Below, piece after piece: positions 53,008-62,559 of a stretch of 64,000 nt of DNA. How positions within the stretch are numbered: the stretch's first letter is position 1; each line of letters begins with the position of its first letter. The DNA is taken from contig JAFQGG010000001.1 of NCBI GenBank assembly GCA_017415505.1, forward strand, positions 21,193 to 85,192, written 5' to 3'. Source of the stretch: Clostridia bacterium (GTDB lineage: Bacteria > Bacillota > Clostridia > Christensenellales > Borkfalkiaceae). The position numbers were made by a program, and so were the translations under genes. A model generated the notes under the pieces. That model saw nothing but the letters and a program-made list of their open reading frames with translations, did not search any database and was not told where the DNA came from.

Positions 53008-54657
53008 TCAATCAGCAAAAAAACCACCGTTCTTTGCCTGTTGTATATAGCTTGCCCAAGTTTGTTTTGTATAACGGTTCGCCAAGCCAGTAGTAATTTC
53101 GCTTCCATTTAATTTTTTCACGGCATCCAAACAATTCAATGTAACAACGTTATTTTTATCGAAAGGATATAAAGTTGACTTTTCTCCTTTATCCGACGCA
53201 TACGCAAGTGGCGATCTAACTCTATCTAATGCAAGCGATACAATACGGACATTTTCTTTATCCGCATACATTTGCGCCATATTTTTCTGGAAAGGAGTCA
53301 TATTTTCGGCATTATTCACATCTATTTCATAGTCATAGCCAAGTATATCCCCTGTCATATTCGTAATAGTACGAAGCGACTCGTCTTTTATTAAAAATTT
53401 CAAGAAATCTTTTGTCACGGCAAGTCGTTCTGCATTTTTATCTTTCGGAATTGCCATAACCCCAGCAGTACACACGGAAACACAAGATTTCGTTTCTTGT
53501 TGCCCCTCAAAAGTCGGCAACAACAACATTCTATATTCTCTGTCCCCATACCCTCTATTCACATTATCTAAAGAATTAAACATAGCTTTCGCTTCGTTTT
53601 CCCACCAAATACCGTCAATCATTATGGCAGATTTCGGATTGGATGCAGCTCCCTTATAACCTAAAAGGAACATATTTTGAGTATCATATTGACTTGCACT
53701 TGTATTTTTGCAGATAGAATGAACGTAATCTTTAGCCGTTCCCGAAGTATAATCAAACCAATTTTCAAAAATCTCATAGGCTTGCGTTAACGCTTTCATT
53801 TCATACACTTTATATCCATTACCTAACGAGATCGGAGTCGTTGTTCCATCAACAAGTCTTACTTCCTTGTCTTTACTATCATAATTTACAAATGCAGAAT
53901 ATTCCTCGTTTCCTGCATATTGCGCAAAAATGGAATTATAAATATAATCCAAGTACGCCGTTACGCCACCCCCGTAAATAAACGGTTTTGCGTTTACGGT
54001 AATTCTTTCCAGCATTGCGTTAAATTCAGCAAGAGTTTGCGGTTGCCCGTCGTCATAAGTTCCACGAATCCCGTCTTTACCAACCGTTAAAACGGTTTTC
54101 GCTTCGTCTTCAAAACAATACCACCCGTTATCAATAAACTCCTGATGGTCAATTACCATTCCCACAACGCCGTTTGAATACGGAAGCGCATACAATCCTT
54201 CGCCGAATTTAGAATAATTATCTTTCCACTGATCAAAGTTGGTGATTTTTTGTTGTACCGTTCCCTGATTTTCACCGTCCACGTTATCATCAAGAATATC
54301 CGAAATATCTTCGAAATAATTTTTATAAATTCCCGTCGTAATTTCATTTGCGGAATTAATATACATTTGGTAACCGTTTCCCAACGCCAAATCTGTTAAA
54401 ATTTGGTCCGCCCATTTCATCCCATAGTCTACAATCTCTATACCGTAATCACTATTAGGATTCATTTCATTGTATTCCTTGGCTAACGTCTTCGCCCAAT
54501 CAAGCCCAAAACCTGCATTCGTAACAGCTACTTGTATGGTATATAATCTCCCACCACCTCCATTCCCACTCGTTTGAGGTTTTGGTCCACACCCTACAGC
54601 GGCACTTACCGTAATTAAGCATAAAGAGGTTGCCATTGCCTTAATAATTTTTTTCAT
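53008..54657 (-). CDS. extracellular solute-binding lipoprotein of the ABC transporter
   Basis: Start set at MKKIIKAMATSLCLITVSAAVGCG (lipobox) with AAAGGAG upstream. About 550 aa, large SBP class. Confidence 0.75.
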   Translation of the reverse strand: MKKIIKAMATSLCLITVSAAVGCGPKPQTSGNGGGGRLYTIQVAVTNAGFGLDWAKTLAKEYNEMNPNSDYGIEIVDYGMKWADQILTDLALGNGYQMYINSANEITTGIYKNYFEDISDILDDNVDGENQGTVQQKITNFDQWKDNYSKFGEGLYALPYSNGVVGMVIDHQEFIDNGWYCFEDEAKTVLTVGKDGIRGTYDDGQPQTLAEFNAMLERITVNAKPFIYGGGVTAYLDYIYNSIFAQYAGNEEYSAFVNYDSKDKEVRLVDGTTTPISLGNGYKVYEMKALTQAYEIFENWFDYTSGTAKDYVHSICKNTSASQYDTQNMFLLGYKGAASNPKSAIMIDGIWWENEAKAMFNSLDNVNRGYGDREYRMLLLPTFEGQQETKSCVSVCTAGVMAIPKDKNAERLAVTKDFLKFLIKDESLRTITNMTGDILGYDYEIDVNNAENMTPFQKNMAQMYADKENVRIVSLALDRVRSPLAYASDKGEKSTLYPFDKNNVVTLNCLDAVKKLNGSEITTGLANRYTKQTWASYIQQAKNGGFFAD

Positions 54658-54802
54658 AATTTTTCTCCTTTTTGGGTAATTCAAAAGTTTAGTATAATAA
54701 TTTTATCATAAAACAACTTTTCCGTCAATTCACTCCCTTTTTCATTTTGTACTCTCTGTTTAACTACTTCCCCATTATTTTTATATTTTTTGTGCTTTTT
54801 TA

Positions 54803-54832
54803 TTGACAAATATATCCTAAATCATATATAAT
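54803..54832 (+). promoter_or_regulatory. promoter of the AraC-family regulator gene
   Basis: TTGACA (54803-54808), 18-nt spacer, TATAAT (54827-54832). Confidence 0.55.
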
Positions 54833-54856
54833 AGAGAAAAAACGAGAAAATTTGCT

Positions 54857-55669
54857 ATGATTATATTAAAAGAAAGGAATTTTTTTCAAGAACAAAATCT
54901 TTATACTTCTATTAACGACGTCCCGTCGAGCGTACCTCACCAACACGAATTTATCGAAGTTTTTTATGTTGTGAATGGAACGGCAACACATTTTATTAAT
55001 AATAAAAAACATATATTGAATCCAGGCGATTTATATATTATTCGACCTATGGATAAACATTATTTTAGAGCGATAAACACCACGCCTCTTTTACATCGAA
55101 ATTTTTTTATCCGAAAAACGGAATTTCAACGTATTTGCAATTTTATTGATTCAAAATTGTTTGATTTTCTTCTCAATTCCCTTTCTATAGTACGTACAAC
55201 TGTAAATCTTAAAACAATCAATTGTTTTGAAAAACAACTTCAATTGTTTTCGGGGAATAACATTCTCATATCTATTCTCATTGAAATTTTAGATATTTTC
55301 ATCAACTATTCTGTTTCAGATTTTCAATTCTTTCCCCTCTGGTTACAACATTTATTATCTTTTATGGATAAACCTGATTCATTCAAAAAAAATATTCACG
55401 AACTCCTTCAAGATACACATCTTTCTTTCCCTTATGTTTGTACGCAATTTAAAAAATATCTTGGGGTAACTATTACTGAATATCGACAAACAGCAAAGCT
55501 CCAGTACGCATATTCTCTTATTCTTGCGTCAAATCTTTCAATCGAGCAAATTTCCGAACAATGCGGTTTCGCTTCACGAAACCATTTCTATAAAGAGTTT
55601 AAAAAGAAATTCGGAGTTATACCTGGCTCTTTAAGAAAAAAAAGATTTTGTCTTACAGATTTATCTTAA
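54857..55669 (+). CDS. AraC-family transcriptional regulator (cupin + HTH)
   Basis: N-terminal HQHEFIEVFYVVNG cupin. C-terminal IEQISEQCGFASRNHFYKEFKKKFGVIPGSLR AraC HTH. Confidence 0.85.
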   Translation: MIILKERNFFQEQNLYTSINDVPSSVPHQHEFIEVFYVVNGTATHFINNKKHILNPGDLYIIRPMDKHYFRAINTTPLLHRNFFIRKTEFQRICNFIDSKLFDFLLNSLSIVRTTVNLKTINCFEKQLQLFSGNNILISILIEILDIFINYSVSDFQFFPLWLQHLLSFMDKPDSFKKNIHELLQDTHLSFPYVCTQFKKYLGVTITEYRQTAKLQYAYSLILASNLSIEQISEQCGFASRNHFYKEFKKKFGVIPGSLRKKRFCLTDLS

Positions 55670-55936
55670 TATAAGTACATTTTGTTTTTTAAGTTCTCCA
55701 TCAAAACGTAACGGTAAACAGAAGACTATCAACTATACTAAAATCGCCTATGCAATACTGTTTACTAAAACATTCTTTTACAAGTGGCAACACAAAAGAC
55801 TTTATATTCGTAAAATATTTAGAAGTATAGACAAACTATTTCAACATTTCCATTGAGAATCTTTTAAGTAGAACTAAAATATGAACACCGCTAAAATGCA
55901 ATAATTTAGCAGTGTTCTCTTTATTGTAAACCGTTC

Positions 55937-56097
55937 AAAAAAGAATGCCGCCTCTTTCGAGAACGGCACCGCAGAATATACCTTTCTCGCATAGTTGCTA
56001 CACTACTTACTCCACAGACAATGTTTTGTAAAAAGCGAAAACAGTATAGTTCCACCTGAACTATACATTGTCTGCATTTCTTGAGTTGTAGTGTAGC
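55937..56097 (-). ncRNA. candidate ~160-nt sRNA: long hairpin (55997..56097) plus intrinsic terminator (55937..55967)
   Basis: Arms GCTACACTAC / GTAGTGTAGC, ACAGACAATG / CATTGTCTG, TATAGTTC / GAACTATA. Terminator GCCGTTCTC-gaaa-GAGGCGGC plus a T run. The predicted TSS coincides with the first stem base. No ORF. Confidence 0.55.
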
Positions 56098-56103
56098 ATA
56101 ATT

Positions 56104-56132
56104 ATTATACCCGATTTTCAAAATCCTGTCAA
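56104..56132 (-). promoter_or_regulatory. consensus sigma-A promoter driving the candidate sRNA
   Basis: Minus strand TTGACA (56132-56127), 17-nt spacer, TATAAT (56109-56104). Confidence 0.7.
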
Positions 56133-56546
56133 TACCTTTTGATTGAATTTTTACCTGTAAAATGTTTCCGTGCTCGTTATTTTCTCTTTTTTGCGAATAA
56201 ATTACTTCCCTTGAGTAAGTTCACATTGGGGTGTCATGATGACAGCGGGCCACTACCACCGAGAAAAAACACTCCGCCCTTGTAAGTGAAAATGTAAAAT
56301 TTTAAGAACTAAAGGTTGCAAGACAAACCTTTGGGATTTTCCTCCCTGCCGTCTGCTTGCAACCTTTTTCTTATACCCTTATGCTAAATCTGCGCCTTTC
56401 CCGACGGAGATTTTGCCTTATTCTTGATGCTTTGGAGAAACAAGATAGACAAGGCGCGCGAGGCTTTCCGACGGGATATTTACAAACCGTAAATGAGCAA
56501 GGAAAACGTAGCGCAACGCCGTATATCGCCGTTTATATAAGGCACG

Positions 56547-59500
56547 TCAAATGATTTGTTTTTTCTTGAGAATAACCACCGTCACACCGCCAGCCAACAC
56601 AAGCACACCGATAATAATAAACGCAATCAACCAACCGTTTACGCTCTTTTCAATTTCAAATTCATAGGTCGTTTGGTTACCACATTCATCCGTTACCGTC
56701 GCTTTATACTTACCGACTTCCGTGATTTCGTCGCCAAGTTTATACTTGATTTCCTTGCCGTCTTTGAACACCTTCAATTCCGCCGTTTCGGATACGTTCG
56801 TGAGTTTCACGCCGTCCTTCGTAATACCGCCGTTTTCCACGCCGTTCAACTTCAAGGTCGGAGCCGTTCCATCCACCGTTACGTTAAAGGTGTAGGTTTT
56901 ACCGCTAACGATAACGCCTACTTCATACACGCCGTCATCAAAAAGTTCCAACGTGCCGTAGTTCAATCTCTTATCTTCGCCGTTGACAAGCACACCACCG
57001 AAGCCTTCGATATCGTCGAAATTATGCGTAAATTCTTGCACTTTCGGCTGAATGATGCGGAAGGTGATTACTTCCTTGTTCCCGAGCGCATCCGTCAAAA
57101 CGAGCGTATAATCGCCCACTTGATTGATTGCACTGCCGATTGCATAATCTACCTTTTCGCCGTCTTTCGTAAGCTCCGTCGTTACGATTTCGTGCGTCGT
57201 TGCCATTACCGAATTCGACAAGCCTTTGTCGTACACGTTGATTTCATAATCTACCGTCTTATCAATCGTAAATTCTACCGATACTTCGTTCCCTGCTCTA
57301 TCGCTAACGCGGACACGGTACATACCGTCTGCGGAGATAGGATTCCCCGAAGCGTATTCGCCAAGAGATTGTCCGTTCTTGAAAAGTTCCGCCGTAAGGT
57401 TTTCTTCGGTGTAGAATACCTTTACGTCTTCGTTTACCGATTCTCTATGATTCGCGCCTTCCGTCGTAATTTCGGGTGCGTTCGTATCAATCGTGAACGT
57501 ATAGGTCGTTTCATAACCGTCGAAATTCTTGAAAGTGAGTTCATAAACGCCGTTTTCCGTCAACACCTGACCGCTTTCATACGCCATGTGTTCGCCGTCT
57601 TTCGTAAGGTTTACAACCGCCTCATCCGTCCACTCGAACGTTACCGCCGTGTTCGTGAATCCGCCGTTCTCTACGCCCGTAAGCAAGCCTTCGGGGAGTT
57701 TTTGCTCATACGCAAGTTCTGCTGTGATTGCGTCGATACCCGTTCTAAATTCGTCCGTTACGATGACCTTATATTTCGCCGTCGTTCTAAACGCATACGC
57801 AAGCGTATCCGTCGTGATTGCCGTTCCGTAATCGTCCTGTTCGAGCAATACCCAGGTTGCACCGTCATCCGTTGATTTGTAAATTTCCAAGGTTTGAATA
57901 TTGCTTTCATCGTCTACGCTTGGCGTGATTACGATTTCCAGTTTCTTTTCGCTTTCATTTTCCGCAATCGTTGCTTTGGGTGCGTCACGGGAAACAATCA
58001 AGGCAAACGTTTCCGAAACGCCTGCGTGGTTCACCGCCACTACCGTATAACTGCCGCTTTCGGTAATAACGTAGGTTTCATCGCGGAGGAAGTTCCCAAG
58101 CAAATCGCCGTTTTCGTCATATACGCTGAACATTGCCATTTCGTCGTATTCATCCCCGATTCTCACGGTTACTTGGTCCTTAAAATAATAGGTTCTGTCA
58201 AACGTCACCGTGTTCGTCACACCTTCGCCTTCCCCGACGACGTATCCAATGATAGGTGCATTGCGAACGATCGTTAAATTATATTCGCAGGTATTCCCCC
58301 ATTCATCCACCACCGTCAGCGTGTGGAAACCGTTCGTTTCGTACACGGTATCCACGTATTCTTCGCCGTCAACGAAATGCGCGACCGTTCCGTCAAACGT
58401 TGCGGAGTTTGCCAAAATCGTTTTCGCATCGCTATACGAGAATAAGTTTTCCCCGTCCGCAATCGTAGCGGGTTCTTTTTCCCAATAGTAATAGTCGTTA
58501 ATACCGATTGCCGCATATTCCGCAATGACTTCGTTCAATCTTTCTTCGGTGAAATACGCCACTTCTTCTTCGGGATTACCCGATTTCTTATAGATGAAAT
58601 ACGTGCCGTTTACCGCATCCACGCTGTCTTTTGCGTCCATCGCAATACCAGTATCCCAGCTTGTGCTGTTCCATTCGCCCGTCCTCACGTACGTCTTTTC
58701 TCTTTCCACCGCAAATGCGAACGCACTGTCATAGCTTGCAAACGAGAAATAATTGCCTTCCGCATCGTGGATTTCGTAGTATTCCTGTTGCAAAGTCTTC
58801 GTCAAAACGTTTTGCTTGGTAGAAACAAACTCGGTATCCCAAACATTACCCGCTTCGTCGATAGAAGTCACGTAATACTTCCCCGTGTCAATTGTATAAA
58901 CGGTTTGACCTTTCGTGTAAGGATTGCCGTTAATCAATACACTCTTTACGGGCGCAACCTGTTCGGGATCGCCATCCGTCCAAGTGATGACTACGTTTCC
59001 GTCCGTTGTGCCGTCTACTACGTTTTGCACTTCAAGCGTTTTAATCGTGCGGTCGATAATAATTGTATAATATCCCGTGGAGTTCCCCGCAACCGATTCA
59101 CCGTAGAACACGTATTTGCCTGCCTTGTAATATTCCACGCCCGAAATATACGGCGAGAACGTATCGCTATCGGGAAGTTTCACGTAGCAACTTTCATCGC
59201 ATTCAAACTTGATATGCGCGCCGTTCGTATAACCGTTGTTGTCAAAAGGTTCTCCGTCCACATATAACTGTGCAACAGGAATTTGTCTGTCTAACGTCAC
59301 CGTGTAAATATCCGAAGTATTTACTTGGTCCTTGCTGTAAAAAGAATAGGTCCCTTCCGCCGTCAATGGCGTGCCGCTCGTATATGCCTCGTAAGAACTC
59401 GAACCGGGCTTTTTCACATACGTTGCCACCACCCCGATTGCATCATACGGAACAAACTTCACATAGTTTGCGTTCGTAATCGTTCCACTCGTTACAACAG

Positions 59501-60800
59501 AGTTTCCTGCATACAGCGTTCCCGTGGGTTTCGTCTTATCGAGCGTAATTGTAGAAGTGACAGTCGAGCGATTATTTGCTTTATCTACACAGTAAAACAT
59601 ATACGTCCCTTCCATAGTCAATTGCGTTCCACTTGTATACGCCGTGTAATAGCTACTGTTCGGCATTCTCACGTAGCACGCCGAAATACCCGACTCGGAA
59701 TCGCTTGCCTCGTATTTGATATAACTTGCATTCGTATGCGCGCCGCTTGCAATTGTGGACGTACCTGCATAAAGTTTCCCCACCGCAGGCGATGCATCGT
59801 AATACACTTTGTATTCTTCCGAATAATTACTTGCTCTGTCATACGAACGGAAAGTATGCCACCCCGTACCCGTCACAGCCGTTCCCGGCGTATAGGTCGA
59901 CCAACTCGTCGCACCTGGCTTTTTGTATTGATATCCCGATACACCGCTGCCCGAATCCGTTGCCGTGTACTTGATTGCGCTATTCGTATAACCGCCGTTT
60001 GCAATCGTCGTGCCATTCGCATTCGTTACCGTGCCTACGGGCAATACCGTATCGAGGTACACGGATACAGTGCTATTCGATTGCGTTTTCGTATCAACCG
60101 CATAAAAATACCACCAGCCGTTAGAACCCGTAGTCGGTACGGTATAGGACGTCGAATACGTCGTGGAATAACTCGAATAGCCAGGTCTTCTATAGCGGAT
60201 ATGCGAAAAGTTCGCATCCGTCGCCGTGTATACGATTTGTTTGTTCGTGTAGCCACCGCTGCTGATCGTCGAACCGCCTGCTTTCAGCGTATAACTCGGT
60301 GCCGTTTTATCTACTTCAAAACGGAACGTGTACGTGTAATACGTGTAGTCGTAGAAGATGTTTTTCGCGTATCGGCAAGTGTATTCCAATTCATACTCGC
60401 CGTCCGAAAGCGCACCTTCGTACAAAATTCTATCCGACGAACCCGACAGCGTATTGCTGACATACGTCGTGCCGTATTTCGTCAATCTGAACGAGCGATG
60501 GTCGCTGACGTTAATTGCGTCCACGTAGATATAATAATACGTCCAGTCCGTTACCGCATCTTGATACAGCGTTGCACTTCCACTGTTGCTGACACCGTAC
60601 ATATAAATCTTGAAATTGCTCGGACAGCCACTCGAAATCGAGCTACCGTTGTTCGTACTGCCACTCGTCAGATACTTATTCGTTCCGTACGTGAGCGCCG
60701 ATGCCGTTTTCGTTTCCGTATTCAACGCGCCTACACCAAGAGTTACAAAGCCGAGCGCCAAAAACGCCGTCGTGATAAAAAGTCTATTCTTTCTTTTCAT
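56547..60800 (-). CDS. 1417-aa cell-surface protein with many Ig-like repeat modules, N-terminal signal peptide and C-terminal TM anchor
   Basis: Signal MKRKNRLFITTAFLALGFVTLGVGAL. Recurring ~85-aa modules (GGYTN..I.YTATD..SG...Y..PG...). C-terminal WLIAFIIIGVLVLAGGVTVVILKKK. No LPXTG motif. Confidence 0.85.
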   Translation of the reverse strand: MKRKNRLFITTAFLALGFVTLGVGALNTETKTASALTYGTNKYLTSGSTNNGSSISSGCPSNFKIYMYGVSNSGSATLYQDAVTDWTYYYIYVDAINVSDHRSFRLTKYGTTYVSNTLSGSSDRILYEGALSDGEYELEYTCRYAKNIFYDYTYYTYTFRFEVDKTAPSYTLKAGGSTISSGGYTNKQIVYTATDANFSHIRYRRPGYSSYSTTYSTSYTVPTTGSNGWWYFYAVDTKTQSNSTVSVYLDTVLPVGTVTNANGTTIANGGYTNSAIKYTATDSGSGVSGYQYKKPGATSWSTYTPGTAVTGTGWHTFRSYDRASNYSEEYKVYYDASPAVGKLYAGTSTIASGAHTNASYIKYEASDSESGISACYVRMPNSSYYTAYTSGTQLTMEGTYMFYCVDKANNRSTVTSTITLDKTKPTGTLYAGNSVVTSGTITNANYVKFVPYDAIGVVATYVKKPGSSSYEAYTSGTPLTAEGTYSFYSKDQVNTSDIYTVTLDRQIPVAQLYVDGEPFDNNGYTNGAHIKFECDESCYVKLPDSDTFSPYISGVEYYKAGKYVFYGESVAGNSTGYYTIIIDRTIKTLEVQNVVDGTTDGNVVITWTDGDPEQVAPVKSVLINGNPYTKGQTVYTIDTGKYYVTSIDEAGNVWDTEFVSTKQNVLTKTLQQEYYEIHDAEGNYFSFASYDSAFAFAVEREKTYVRTGEWNSTSWDTGIAMDAKDSVDAVNGTYFIYKKSGNPEEEVAYFTEERLNEVIAEYAAIGINDYYYWEKEPATIADGENLFSYSDAKTILANSATFDGTVAHFVDGEEYVDTVYETNGFHTLTVVDEWGNTCEYNLTIVRNAPIIGYVVGEGEGVTNTVTFDRTYYFKDQVTVRIGDEYDEMAMFSVYDENGDLLGNFLRDETYVITESGSYTVVAVNHAGVSETFALIVSRDAPKATIAENESEKKLEIVITPSVDDESNIQTLEIYKSTDDGATWVLLEQDDYGTAITTDTLAYAFRTTAKYKVIVTDEFRTGIDAITAELAYEQKLPEGLLTGVENGGFTNTAVTFEWTDEAVVNLTKDGEHMAYESGQVLTENGVYELTFKNFDGYETTYTFTIDTNAPEITTEGANHRESVNEDVKVFYTEENLTAELFKNGQSLGEYASGNPISADGMYRVRVSDRAGNEVSVEFTIDKTVDYEINVYDKGLSNSVMATTHEIVTTELTKDGEKVDYAIGSAINQVGDYTLVLTDALGNKEVITFRIIQPKVQEFTHNFDDIEGFGGVLVNGEDKRLNYGTLELFDDGVYEVGVIVSGKTYTFNVTVDGTAPTLKLNGVENGGITKDGVKLTNVSETAELKVFKDGKEIKYKLGDEITEVGKYKATVTDECGNQTTYEFEIEKSVNGWLIAFIIIGVLVLAGGVTVVILKKKQII

Positions 60801-60905
60801 TGTTTGTTTTCTTCTCCTTATTTTTATTTTCTTTATCTTTTTTGCCTACCCGCCTACTCATTTTCTTTGTTCTACGTCATTGTTTCCCTCCTTGATTTTT
60901 TACAT

Positions 60906-60941
60906 AAAAATACCGCCTATCTTTTTACGGATAAGCGGTAT
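60906..60941 (-). terminator. terminator after the 191-aa ICE gene
   Basis: ATACCGCTTATC-loop-GATAGGCGGTAT (1 mismatch), followed by TTTTTAT on the minus strand. Confidence 0.6.
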
Positions 60942-60951
60942 TTGTTTTCTT

Positions 60952-61527
60952 TTACATTCCCATATTCGGTGGCTTTTCTTGGACTTCGCCTTCGATTTGC
61001 GGTACTTCGTCCGTTATCACAAACGCATCTTTGGTGTATATCCTTGCGTTTTCAATATCTGCTCGCTTTTGGAATTCTTCTATGGCTTTTCCCCTTTTAA
61101 ACAACAACGTATATTCATAATACGGCTCGCCGATTTTTTGATACTTCGCCATTCCGATATACCCCTCTTTTTGGTATTTCTTGAGCTCTTTTTCGTCTTC
61201 CGTAAACTTTATTAAATCTTCCATAAAGATTTGTACGTTGCCGTTAAGACAGGCAAACTCTCCCGTCAAAGGAAAACGCTCGTAATATTTCCTTACCGCT
61301 TCTTTTAAGAGATTTTCCATCTCCGTCCGTTTTGCCCTATCCCCGTCGAAATCGATATCCGACTCGCCGCCGTCATCCCGATTATTATACCACCCCACCT
61401 TTTTGTTGTTATAATAAATATTCCCTTGACTGCCCTGCCCTTCCCTACCCATAAACGTTGTTACGTTCTTTATACTAAATCCAAATATAGATGCCACTTT
61501 TATTACCTCCGTTTTATCGTATAGCAT
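60952..61527 (-). CDS. hypothetical protein of the conjugative-element module
   Basis: 191-aa ORF overlapping the upstream HTH gene by 25 nt. No motif recognised. Confidence 0.5.
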   Translation of the reverse strand: MLYDKTEVIKVASIFGFSIKNVTTFMGREGQGSQGNIYYNNKKVGWYNNRDDGGESDIDFDGDRAKRTEMENLLKEAVRKYYERFPLTGEFACLNGNVQIFMEDLIKFTEDEKELKKYQKEGYIGMAKYQKIGEPYYEYTLLFKRGKAIEEFQKRADIENARIYTKDAFVITDEVPQIEGEVQEKPPNMGM

Positions 61528-61763
61528 AAGCTACTGTGTCCGCCGTTCTTCCGATACCGTTGTTCGGTCGTTAGCAGACCTTCTTTCTTCAAATCTTTTA
61601 TCGCCCGACGAATGGTGGACTTCGACATTTTGAGGTCTTCCGCCATTGTCTTAACGGACGGCCAACACTCGCCTTTCTTATTCGCCCTATCCTCCAAATA
61701 CAAATACACCGCCACGGCACGGTGTAATAATTCGCTTTGATATAAATAATCATGGCATCCCAT
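61503..61763 (-). CDS. small winged-helix/HTH protein (ICE-associated)
   Basis: WPSVKTMAEDLKMSKSTIRRAIKDLKKEGLL. Confidence 0.65.
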   Translation of the reverse strand: MGCHDYLYQSELLHRAVAVYLYLEDRANKKGECWPSVKTMAEDLKMSKSTIRRAIKDLKKEGLLTTEQRYRKNGGHSSLCYTIKRR

Positions 61764-62541
61764 CGGGGTTCACCCTTACCGTGCGTAGCGAACTTGCAGG
61801 CTTGTTTCTATCCCCCTTCACGGGCGAGCGTTGTGGTTCGTCCGTTTGGCTTTGCGTTTGCGCCATTCCCGACATCCCACCGCCAGTCCTTACACCGACT
61901 TCCATCATATCGTCCAGCCACTCGGGATGATATTTTCTCGTAATCGCCTCAATGAGCTGTTGCTTGTCCGCATACTCCACCTTACGGTTTGCATTCTCCT
62001 TTACCGTGTAAGGATTGCTTTCGTCGAACTGTATTCCCCACTCGAAAAACAGTTTCAACTTCACTTTCATTGGATGCGCGCCCGTCTTCATTACCACAAA
62101 TTGTCCTTTCGGCATACTTTTCAGTTCGTCGGGCGTCATCAACGGGCGTTCTATCATCTGTAAACTCTCGGACGGATCATTCTTGCCCCTACTTACGCTC
62201 CCCGACAACACCGTTCTACTGCCAAGCGCCTTTGACAACACTTCCGCAGACGTACTGTTCGGAGCAAACCCGCCGAATATCGTCAGCTGCGTATTGTCCA
62301 CGATAATCTCTGCGCCCTCCTTGCCGTAGTTTTTATCAAGCTGTGAGAATGATTGGATTATCGGCACGATTTGCAACCGCCTTGACCGGGATGCCGAAAA
62401 TATCATTTCCGCATCTTGGATTTTCGGCAAGGTCCCGTACTCATCGCAAAAGAAAATACAACGGTTTTTCAGTTTCCCGCCCATTTCATCCGCCACCGCT
62501 AATATCTCACGATAGAGCTGTTGAATTATCAGCGAAATCAT
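61750..62541 (-). CDS. 3' exon (C-terminal portion) of a VirD4/TraG-type type IV coupling protein
   Basis: IFFCDEYGTLPKIQDAEMIFSASRSRRLQIVPIIQSFSQLDKNYGKEGAEIIVDNTQLTIFGG is the Walker-B-to-C-terminal T4CP pattern. The N-terminal part is missing here and a group II intron lies immediately upstream. The exact exon start was not determined. Confidence 0.75.
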   Translation of the reverse strand: MISLIIQQLYREILAVADEMGGKLKNRCIFFCDEYGTLPKIQDAEMIFSASRSRRLQIVPIIQSFSQLDKNYGKEGAEIIVDNTQLTIFGGFAPNSTSAEVLSKALGSRTVLSGSVSRGKNDPSESLQMIERPLMTPDELKSMPKGQFVVMKTGAHPMKVKLKLFFEWGIQFDESNPYTVKENANRKVEYADKQQLIEAITRKYHPEWLDDMMEVGVRTGGGMSGMAQTQSQTDEPQRSPVKGDRNKPASSLRTVRVNPDGMP

Positions 62542-62559
62542 AAAGAACGTATATTGCGA

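Noticed and set aside
60800-60905. Mini-ORF ATG-ACG-TAG behind a strong AAGGAGGG, and a short K/E-rich ORF overlapping the start of the 1417-aa gene
   Set aside because: They are too short or low-complexity to support, and there is no independent evidence. Noted only as possible translational-coupling debris.
56556-61100. Long + strand ORFs of 439 aa (56556..57875) and 591 aa (59325..61100)
   Set aside because: They are antisense shadows of the 1417-aa surface protein gene. Their translations are extremely R/I/C-rich and low-complexity, there is no RBS, and the 591-aa frame runs through a terminator and an intergenic region.
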